Positions 15,260 to 27,200 of a DNA stretch of 64,000 nucleotides are shown here, one piece after another. Each line of letters begins with the position of its first letter. Position 1 is the stretch's first letter. This stretch comes from Antedon mediterranea (lineage: Eukaryota; Animalia; Echinodermata), in the NCBI RefSeq assembly GCF_964355755.1, contig NC_092673.1:33415648-33479647 (forward strand). The letters run 5' to 3'. The notes beneath the pieces were generated by a model, which did no database searches, was not told where the DNA came from, and saw nothing but the letters and a program-made list of their open reading frames with translations. A program made the translations under genes and the position numbers.

Positions 15260-18200
15260 ATGATAGAAGTGACCATCAAAACGTTGGACTCTAAAACCCA
15301 ACCATTCTCAACTTCAGATGATGTAAGTAGTGAATAAAAATAATATAAATGATCTGTAGCCTATAGGCCTATATACCCAAAAACAAATATAAATACAGTA
15401 ACCCATATTAGGGTACACCTTCGGTACAAACAAAGTGTCAGCCCAAAGGGTATCCCCTAAATAGGGGTTGGACATAGGAGTGTTCAGACATGTCATATAT
15501 TGCCTCTTTTTTTGCTTGACCTTGATTTACCTTAATAGGGTTTTTCTCAAAGAAAAGGTTTCACTGTTTTCTGTTCTATCTGAGAAATGAATTTTTTTTC
15601 TCCAATTGGTTAATAATAATGGTAGTGAATATTGATAGTTGTGTTATTGATTTTGTTATCAAATGTGAAAGCAGATTTGTATGAACATTATTTCTTTCTT
15701 TGTTTATATAGATCACAGTCCAAGGATTTAAGGAACAGATAGCAGAGGATGTGGTAGGTAGAAATATATGTACATGTACATACAAATAGCTATTGAACTT
15801 CAGAAAATAGGTATACAAAAATAATAGCATTCAACACTATCTTACACTTTATATAATAATTGTTTATTTTATTCTTTGCACATTGGCACAATAAAATAAG
15901 TGTTGTTGTGCATTCAAGTTAATTAGTAGTCAAGGATATACAGTAGCTATCATATTCCTATTGTGTACAGTAGATAATTATTTTTGGGTGTTTTGTATTA
16001 TGAATGTTGATGTTTTGTGTTCCTGCAATCCTCTCTTCCCCAGCACAATTCCATACATAGATAAGAGTAAATTTAACCAGTTATACTGTACTGTTAGCAG
16101 AATACAGAACAACTATTTTCTAGTAAATTATATGGAAATTGGTATATTATTGTAAAGAGCTATAGTACATTAAACCTTCTGGGTGTATTTTATATTGCAT
16201 TCAGTTAATAAACATTGCTGTAATATATCTTAATATCTTTAATAATATAAAACAATGTTTATATTACTAAAACATTGTATATTATTTTTTCCTATAGAAA
16301 ATTACAGCGAACCTTCAACGTTTGATATACCAAGGTCGGGTTCTTCAAGATGGAAAGAAACTTTCCGAATACAACGTCGATGGAAAGGTTATTCACTTAG
16401 TAGAGCGCCCTCCACCATCAAAGCGACCTGCTACGAGCACCAATGCAGAATCAAGCAGTTCCACCTCGTCCAGCTCACATGCTTCTAACGACAGTAACAT
16501 TTTTGTTGGATCCATATCATTGCCTTCAGATTTGCAAGATCAGGTCGAAGTTCAGGTCAGAGTTCATGTCATTCATCATTTTTCTTTTGTCACTACTGTT
16601 GAACCTTTTTAGGACAGCCTTATTAGAGGGCACTTTCCTTTAATTAAAGGGGCAATTAAACTATGGCCAATCCCTATTGCAAATGTCTTTTGTGGATACT
16701 GATCTCCTATTTCTGAAATCCTATATGAAACAAGATTTCTCACTATTGGCATGCTTGTGTAAAATTCAGGGGCCTCTATTGCTAATACAAACTTAGAAAA
16801 TGTTTTACCTTCAAGTTTTTTTATTTATAGCGTATAGTTCAGCAAGTTGTATCTGACATGGGAGAGTTGGGTCGCAATGCTCGTGTCACATCAAGATCTT
16901 CGGTACCTATTAAAATCTTATTTATTTGATCAATATTTAAAGAGGGAAGCACTTCCAGTTCCTTGTCATAGAGGAGCTGATTATTTATCGTTTTACTTTT
17001 AAAAATAGCTAACTTTAAATCAATTTATAGCAATATTAATTGTTATTGTTAATTTTGTGGAAATTGTTCGAAATTTTTACCTAACATTCACTGTCTTGTT
17101 TTTGTTGTTTAGCCCGATGGTTCGTCCGTAGATGTTCACATTAATCTTGGTCAAGTTCCGATACATCAGATCAGCGCATCACAAGTTAGAATTAACCAAT
17201 CACGTAACATGATACGGCAAGCCAACGCTATTATTGATCGTCTAGAGGTATTTAATCATCCATAAATATATTGTTTTTAAATTTTAGTTTGGTTAAATTT
17301 TTTTTTTAAATCATACTCTTCAATATAAACTATTTATTATATTTTAATATGTGACATGACAATATACGTAACGCTCTCTTATAAAAATGTACATCTGAAG
17401 AAATTAAATTTTACTTAAACGCAAAAAAAGAACGTTCTACTTAAAAGGCCTTTAGAGAACAAAAAAAATGATTAGGCATTTATAGTTTTATATAATAATA
17501 ATAATAATTTTATATAATTATCATGAGCGGGAAAGCTATTCTAAGAAAAATGTGATTTTGATTACGATATTTTATACTTTTTAGTCATCTGTAGTGTTAA
17601 TTACAAATTAATTGCATTGAAAACTATGCTTCTTTAGAATCCACCACAACAGGCAGAAAATCAAACTGAAGGTTCCAGCAGTGAGAGTGGTGCCACAGCA
17701 TCATCATCTGAAGCTGCCAACTCCGTTTCTTCTGCAGCCACTGAGGAAGAACCAATGGTTACTGATACAAGTGATACTACAACACAAGAAGATAGCCAAG
17801 GTGGTGCCCGAGCCTCTAACACACAGTCAGGTACATCAAGTAGAGGTAGTGGACAGAGCATGTAAGTATTATTGTAGATAAGTTCATCTCTGGATTGACC
17901 TTAGCAAAATGGTTGATAAGTGGTAAATTATATATAAACTATGAACCTGGTAGAAATTGGACAGGATACCTTCTGAAAATATTGGTCACTATTTGAAAAG
18001 AGTGGAGTTGCCTCCCGCTGGGCTGTACATGGCGCTCTGCTGGGCCCTCTGGGAGAACAGTCTTGTGTTGAAGAGGTCGCCCAGTATAAATATACATTTT
18101 CCGTTCCATACTTAAACATTCTTATTATTTATTCGACAGACATCCACCTATAACTGCAATGGCGGACATTTTAGATGAAGTGATGCGATTGAACGAACGA

Positions 18201-21200
18201 CTACGACCTCATATGGAGAGTTATAGAGACATGATGAGAGCTGATCTTCCTTACGATGGCAATGTATGTATTTTCTACAAACAAAAAATATTGTAGTACA
18301 GGCATTCAACAGTCCCTTTATTCACCTCTTTTTTTAATTACCGTAGTATGATTGCTTAATATGATAATTTTATATTTACATTTAGTCACGGTTAATGCGA
18401 GATGCGCAGCGTTCACAGAATCTGGTTGGTCAAGTGATGCATCTCATCAGTCATGTGTACCATTCGCTCTCCGACTGCGGTTCAAATATGACATCACCAC
18501 CACCAAGAAACCTACGAGTACCGCAGACAGGACCACCGGTTCCAATACAGGTACTGTGGTACACAGTTATACTGTAGCACATTAATTTACCTTGGTTTAT
18601 GATAGGTTAATATTTTCATGTGTCAAAATATTGTATTTTGTTAATGCCTGGCAAAACAATAGACTCACTTCAACCTCTATAATATAATTTTAGGTAATAA
18701 TTAGTATGTAAAAAAGATTTTCAATTAAATAACAATAGTCGCTAGGTGGTTGCATTTGCTGCAGGATTTTTAATTTGCAGACTGAACAGGAAAGTATCTC
18801 AGAAATATTCTGTTTGCCATTTCTACCCTTCTGTTTCAGAGCCATTATAAGCTTACAGCTATGATTACATTTTGACTAAATATTAGTTTTTTATTCTGCT
18901 TTTTCAATTAAAAAATTATACTGTACTACTAATAAGAATGTGAAATTAGGGATTTCATTGTTTTTTGTTTTAGATTAGTCTACCGCCCGCAATATTTGCC
19001 TTCAATGGTTCAAGACAAGGGGGAAATAATCAGCAATCTAGAGACATCAATGCCAACCAGACCATGCCACCAGGACAAGACCAAAACCACAACCAAACCG
19101 GAGAAGCTGCAGCCTCTCAGGCTTCAGCATCTACCCCTGAATCAAGCAGCACAACAGGTTCCTCAACCACAACATCAACACCTACTGCTGCAACAACCAG
19201 ACCAACAACAACAGCTAGCACCACTAACCCTAGAGTCTCAAACATGGTTGTGTCAAACACCCAGACGATTGTTATCTCACCTCAGGGGATATCAAACATT
19301 CCTGGTCCTCCACCAAGGATGATGGGGGCACAGCAGCCGCAAGGAGCATTTGGTAGGGGTGTAATAAGACCCGGAAGAGGCGGTGGTAGTAATGGAGGTA
19401 AGCGACAAGTTACATTAAGCATTAATACTCAGAATGTGATGTAAAACTCTGTAAGGTAAATTAAATGTTTTACTAAAGCTCTGTCTGCACTATCAAACTT
19501 TATGTGACAAAAAAATGTGATATGCCCATATATGGACATGATGATGTCATATCACTACCATATTTAAGCATATTACTACCATATTTGGGCACATCACACT
19601 TTTTTTGTCAAAATAGTTTGATAGTGTAGACAGAGCTTTAAATCTAAATTGTGATTAACTCTTTCCAGGAGCTTCAATACATATACATCAAGTTCCGCAT
19701 CAAGGTGGACCAATCACACCGCAGGTTATGTCGGCTCTAATGGGGGCCATTTCAGGCCAACTACCAGGTGTACAAATGACCGGAATTCGGTCGAATTTAG
19801 GCCCAATTGGATCTAGGCCAAATTCAGGCCCAGCTGGAGCTAGGCCCAATTCAGGATCTAGATTTCATTTAGGTCCTAGGCCTGCTTCAAGTTCTGGTGG
19901 ACCTCGGCCGTCTATGAGTCCTGGTTTGTCTGTACCTGCTTCAAGTCCTGCTGGACCTAGACCAGCGTCAAGTCCTGCACCGGCTTCAAGTTCAAATGCA
20001 AGTGCTACCACAGCATCTAGTGAACAAGGAGCGCAACCAAGTGGTACGTATCTTGTAACTCTTGAATGATAAATAAGATATTTATAGTAAGGCCCAACTT
20101 ATGCCTATTTCACGCTCAGACCGCTAATCTTAAAAGTTAATTTCAATGTGTTCACACCATCTACCTTGTAGACTTATTTAATTTACTGTGCCTGTTATAG
20201 TTATGTTGCTCATTTTGCTAGTAAGTTTTTTCACAAATGGCAAATGTTTGGCACTGGGTAAAAAAGAAAATAGCCTAATTACCTGTATCTCAATTCAAGG
20301 CCGTACGTCAAAACTAAAAGGCGGATCTTTATCCCGATTATTGACTCTTTTTAATCCTGGCGGAAGTGTCAACTCTCTGATTGCTCTTGTTTTTTTTTAA
20401 CTTGCCACCAGTAGGCAGCAGATCAAGCACTACCACTACCAGCACCAATTCAACCAGTAGCTCTACCAGTTCCAGGTCACAGACAGCACCAACAGGTGCA
20501 AACCAACAAAGAGCTCATTCACCATTAGGAATGTTTAATCTGCTTTCCGGTAACGGTAATTCGTTTGATGCGTTTTTACCTTGTCAATCACGCCACATTC
20601 CAAGTCAGTCTCAAGGGACCAGGCCAGCACCAGCCCCGAGCTCAAATGTAGGACCAGTAAGTATATAACATTGGTCAATTTTTGACATTCTGGAAAAGGC
20701 AACACCACTCACAGTATCAAACATTCTTTTAATTAATTTTTCTAAATAGTTTACTATTATTTTTTTGTTTTACTGTATTTTAGTAATTTTTTTACCCTGC
20801 TTCTGAGATCCATTTGAACTCCAGAGCCCCTTGTTTTAGCCAGTGAGTGCTCGTATCCGTTTGGCCACTGGTTCTATGTTATAATTACCTGAAATCATTA
20901 TATATCATTTTTATTATGACCTGAATGTACTTATTTTACTATCGGTATTTTTCTTGATCTTAGCAAGGCCTTTGATACAATTGATCATAACATTCTCTTG
21001 AGAAAACTTGAATTCTATGGTATCAGAGGCCTTGCTCTTAATTTTTTTAGGAACTACCTAGGCAACCGTAAACAATTTGTCTCAGTTAAATCCTACTTTT
21101 CTTCTCATTCTAAAATTACATGTGGTGTTCCACATGGCTCTATACTTGGACCTTTACTATTTTTAATTTATGTTAATGACTTACCTAATTCCTCTTCCCT

Positions 21201-24200
21201 CTTAAATTGTGTTCTTTTTGCTGATGACACTAACATTTTTTTTTCACACAAAAATATTACTGAACTTGTGCAAACTACAAATAATGAATTAGTTAAGATT
21301 TCCAATTGGCTCAATTTAAATAAATTATCTTTGAATATTAATAAAACTAACTATATTTTTTTAAATTATAAAATAAAAAATATAGACTCTGTTGTTATTA
21401 AAATTAATGATAGTGTAATCAAACAAGTTAATGAAACAAAATTTCTCGGTGTTTTCCTAGACTCAAAGTTATCCTGGCAGTCCCATCGTAATAATATTTC
21501 AAATATAATTTCTAGAAACTTTGGAATAATGAATAAACTAAAGCACTATCTCCCACAGCACATTCTTTTATCTTTATATAACACCTTAGTTTTACCCTAT
21601 ATTAATTATTGTAACATATCTTGGGCTACCACAATTGATAAATTTCTTTACTTGTGTCCCTGGACGAGTCCTGAAGCAACCAATATTGACAACATCTTCA
21701 AACTACAAAAACGTGCTATCAGGATTTGTGCAGGGTCAACCAGAATAGCTCACACCAAAAACTTATTTAATAAATTTAATATACTTAATGTATTTGATTT
21801 ACACAAATTACAAACTTATATTTTTATGTATCGTCTAAAAAATCACTCTTTACCAAATCATATTATTTCTTTATTTCCTAAACAACAACCTGATAAATTC
21901 ACAATTACAATACAAGATTTGCTAAAACAAATATTTTATCTGAAAAGCATACATTTCATTTAAGAAGAAAATCGATTTTTTATAACAGTCCAAAAATATG
22001 GAATTTATTAAGTATTTCATTAAAATCTCTTCCTAATCTACTTTTGTTCATCATTCGCGGTACTATATACGTACCATTTATTTGTATCAACAACAAAATA
22101 ATACAGTATTTCTTTCACAAGAATATTTCTATAAACTTATTTGATACAAAACGGGTATGCAATGAGCCGAAGCTCTTAAACGCATTACCCTATAATACAG
22201 ATATCTAATTAGCAAATAAAACAATAAAAGTACAAATAGAAATAAAAAGTAAAAGTAACAAAAGTGAACTCTACATGAGTGAGTATTTATTTATTAATAA
22301 TTGTTGTATTTCCTTTTTAAATTTTCCGATTTTAGTTTCACACTTTATGTTTTCAGGTAAACGGTTCCAAATATTTGCCCCTCTATAGGCAATACTTCTT
22401 TGTCCTATATTTGTTCTTTTTAGAGGAATACGGAAATCACTCTTCTTCCGCGTACCATACTCATGTACAGATTCCATTTTTGTAAAAAAAGAGTTAAATG
22501 AAACTGGTAAATTGCCCATACGGAATTGAAACATAAATACAGCAGTGTACTTTTCATACAAGTCAAAAATATTCAATAGGTTTTTGTTATAGAATAAATT
22601 TGCTGATGGATGCTGATAATGCACTTTACATATAATTCTGATCGCTCGTTTTTGAAGTATATGTATTCTCTGTAGCTTTGTTGCCCCCGCAACTCCCCAA
22701 ATAGTTATTGCATATATTAGGTGAGGTAAAATTAACGAGTTGTACATTATTAACAAAACATCTGATTGAACAATATATTTAAGTTTGTTCATTACACCAA
22801 TGACCCTTGCAATTTTCATAGTAATGATATCTATGTGATCATGGAATGTTACAAACTCATCAAGAATGACACCTAAGAACTTAATTTTACTAACTCTTTC
22901 AATTTCAACATCATTAATAAATAAAGTATAGTTATTGGTATCTTTTTTCTTATACATGCTTCTAAATTCGATAAACTTGGTCTTCTTTGTATTCAGACTC
23001 AATTTGTTTGCAGTAAACCAATCACTTAATTTACTTAATTCTGTATTTAAAGTGTTAATTAAAAGGTTTATATCTTTGTGCTTAAAAAATACGTTAGTAT
23101 CGTCAGCAAAAATGACAAATTCTAAATATTTACTACTTTCAACAATGTCATTTGTATAAATTATAAAAAGTAACGGCCCAAGAATTGAGCCTTGTGGTAC
23201 TCCATATTCAATCAGTTTTAATTCTGATTTACAATTTCCCATGTGAACATATTGTTTTCTCATATATAAGTAGCTCTTAAACCATTCAAGAACAATGCCC
23301 CGAATACCATAAAATTTGAGTTTTTGTAAGAGAATCTCATGATCTATCGTATCAAATGCCTTAGAAAGGTCTAGGAAGACGCCGATACTTATCATTTGTT
23401 CATCTATTGCTGAAGTAATTTTTTCTATTGTTTGTGAAAGTGCATGACTCGTAGAGTGGTTTTTTCGAAAACCAAACTGTGATTTATTAATGATGTTAAG
23501 TTTGTCAAGGTATTGAGTCGTTTGATCATACACAACTCTTTCATAAATTTTAGAAATACAAGGCAAGACTGAAACAGGTCTATAATTTGTTATGTCATTT
23601 TCATCGCCACCCTTAAATATAGGCACAGTTCTGGCAATCTTTAATTCATCTGGAAAGCAACCAGTTGTCAATGATATATTAACAATATGTTTAATCGGTA
23701 TTGTTAGGCATTGCGAAAATGGTTTAATATAACGAGCACCAATTCCATCATTACCAGGTGACTTACTTATATCTAGATTATCAATATATTTCTTAATGTC
23801 ATGTTCATTTACTGGCCTAATAAACATAGAATTGGCGTAATTGCCAGACATTAACGTTAGTGGATCTATTCTATTACTTCTTTTATTTTTTAGATCAGTT
23901 GCTATATTTTTGCCAATATTAATAAAATATGAATTCATTGCTTCCGCTTGATCTTGTTCATTGTTGTAATAGTTTGTATTTAAGAACATCTTTGACGGTT
24001 TTCCCGAATTGTAATTTTTTCCTAATAAATTGTTAATATTTCGCCATGTTTTTTTAGAGTTATTTTTATTTTTCTCAAATTCTTCATTCAGGTAATTCGT
24101 TTTTCTTAGTCGTATTAGTTTAGTTAATTTATTTCTGTAGTTAGTGTATCTACTTTTGTTCAAATCTAACCTAAAAAAATCTTTGGTCGCAGCATATGGC

Positions 24201-27200
24201 AGCTAAATCTCCTGTTCTTGTTCTTCTTGTTTCCTTTCTTCTTCCCTTTATTGAATTGAATACCTTATCATATTGTTCATCTTGTAATTGTACTATTGTC
24301 TTAGCAATTTAAGCTTCTGTATTTTTTATGTAAGCCGGACTGCTATTGTATACCTTCATTTTTTTTTTTTTTTAACTGGTGGTCACGACTTAAAGTTGTC
24401 CGCAACTTATTTTGACCTCCATCCGTACATTTTTGATGTTTTTCTTTTATATTGTAATTTTCTTTTTTGCAATTTGTAATTTTTATCTTTTATTTTAAAA
24501 TGTGTGGAGAAACTAATAAAACAAACAAACAAACTTATTTGTAAAATGCTATTTTTTTCTCATATACAGCCTCTACATGGCATATTTCAAGATATTGTTG
24601 GAGCCTTTCAAAACCTGCCCAGCCAACAGCAGCAACAACAGAGCTCTAGGCCTCAGCCAACCACTCCATCAACCACATCACAAGGCACTTCATCAAGTAC
24701 CTCTTCAACCAATTCACAGTCACAGACAAGGGCTCAAGCAAGCTCTATTGCCAATGCTTTTATTGGAACGTTTATGAACCAACAGACAGCAGGTGGAGGT
24801 AAGCTTATGATTAAAAACATAGAGGTGTTTTATATAACTTGAGAGTGAACTAGATATAGCGAAGTGATGCAAACTCAAAATGACCCCTCAAAATGGCAAC
24901 CGTATCTGTTAAAAAATATTAAGATATAAATTGATAATTGAAAAAAAAATACAGTACAGTTTTTATAAAATTATTTATATTATTAATGATAATCAAATTA
25001 ATAATGTTTTGGTTAATGTATAAAGTTGATAAAATACTGACTGGTGTTAATATACTCAACATGATATATTATAATAACTCTATGATTAAACACAATTATG
25101 TGTACCTAATATGGGAATGGAGATGTAGCTATTACTAGTAAATATAGCAGTGTGTTCGGCTTGTTCATATAACACATGTTTTGGTTCACATTTTATAGGA
25201 AGTAATTCATCTGCAGGGGGCAACCCGTTTGCCCAGCTTCTACTGGGAGGAATGGGACAAGGAAGATCGGCAACCGGAACCCCAAATGCGTCAACATCCA
25301 CTGGGAACCAAAACAGATCATCTAGTCAACAAAGTGGCACAACATCAAGCGAAGGTCTCTTAGAATTAATGCAGCAATTTGCACGAAGAACCCCAAATAT
25401 GTCGCCTGGTAGCGGTCCAAACACAGGAAACGGACCCACGTCTTCAAGTCAACAAAGCAACCAAGCGCCCTCAGCTACCGAGACTATGTTTTTTGATTTG
25501 GTGCAAGGGATCTCAGAGCATGTCGCCATGGCTGCAACTGGTCAAGATTCAGCATTGACCATTCATCAATTTTTAAGTGGTCTTGACCAATCTTATGCTG
25601 AGCAGCATGTTGAAGGTACTTTGTTTTTTTTCTATTTTTAGACCTTTCTTTTCATCAGGTTCATCTATTCCCAAATAATGAATACATTTATTAGTACTAT
25701 AATATTTTAGAGTACTACCAAACCCGTAGTCAGGAGGGAGTTGAAGAGTTCGAACAAACCCTTTTTTTCTTAAGTGCCCCTCTTCATACTAGAGACAAGC
25801 ACCGAAGATGCTGGTAAACAAGGCCTAACAAGCTTACCTTACAATGGAAATAACATCCAGATAAAGCTTGACTACAACATTTAAATAATGCCAAAAATAA
25901 CACCCCAACTCCCTATAAAATTTGAATTTCTTTACTTCACTGCATTGTGGGAAATTAACAAAATCTGAAAGTCAGTTGGTTTTATTTAACATTAATGCAT
26001 TTGGAACCAGACCAGCTAGTTCAGTAGTAATTGTACTAAAATACAATACAGTATTTAGTTTATTTTTTTTACAAATGTTTTTACTTAATAGGTTTCTTTT
26101 ACGAGGCATTTGATTATTACGCAAGAAACTTTACGATGACAGATCTGTCGCATCTTATATTTGGACGTTCTGAACCACTCCAGCAAAATCGGCAGAGTCT
26201 TCGTAGATTTGTGAACGAGAAAGTATTAAGAGGGCGACAGCCAAGTGAAGAAAACATTACAGTAGGTTTTTTTTTTCATTTATTTTTTAATATTTTATTT
26301 TTTTATTTAATTAAATTGGTTTAATTAATGTGTGGATTGGGTGTTTGATAGATTGATTTTATGGATTACTAGCTAATTAATACTGTAATGGAATCATTAA
26401 TTGGTTTAATTAATGAATTGACTGATTTTATTTTATTTCTTATTTATCATGCCAGTGATTGAATGAGATTAGTGTGTTCATAGGATTAATAGATTGATTG
26501 TTTTTGTATTGATTTCCATTTATCATGACGTTGAATTCTTTTACAGTTGGCAGTGAATGAGATTGCTTTGGAAGTGATAAACCAACTGGAAGAAGATGCA
26601 CCAGAAATCACAAGTGTCAGAGAAGGGGTTGACATCAAAGCTACTAACCTTAAATTTGTTCAGAGCGCACTCTTAAAAATGGTTAAATACATTCTTGATG
26701 ATCGTAAGTACCTTAGTTGATTACTAAATCTATTCCTGCTTATAATAACTGGCCGTTAGTTATCAATATCACTATTGAATTTGACCGACAATGCTTTTAT
26801 TGAAATGTTGAAAATTAAATTATCATTTTAAACAGAATTATCAAAAACATATTATAGGTAGACCTGTGAGACTATGGGGAAATCTAACAGGAGGAGACTT
26901 AACATGCTTGCCTCTAATCCCAAGGTCCAGGGTTCAATCATGACCTAGTGCCAGAGTTGTAACTCAAATCTTTTAACTCCACTCCCTACGCTTCTAAAGA
27001 GACTTAGTTTATAAGCACACGATAAATTATAAAATAGTTTATCCATCCTGTAAATGGCGAGTTGCTTGATGTTGGATACGTATGCCTATAAACATACTAC
27101 AATAGACCCATTCTTTGAGACAACACCATAAAGGAGCACACTTTTCTGTGAAAGGAATGAGTGGAAATATATGTTTTAAACCTACAGCCAATCCCTGTTC

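Noticed and set aside
20998-24163. Two RT ORFs as a domesticated gene pair, or a retron/DGR-type system
   Set aside because: Both are 5'-truncated LINE copies with TSDs and 3' tails inside a eukaryotic intron.
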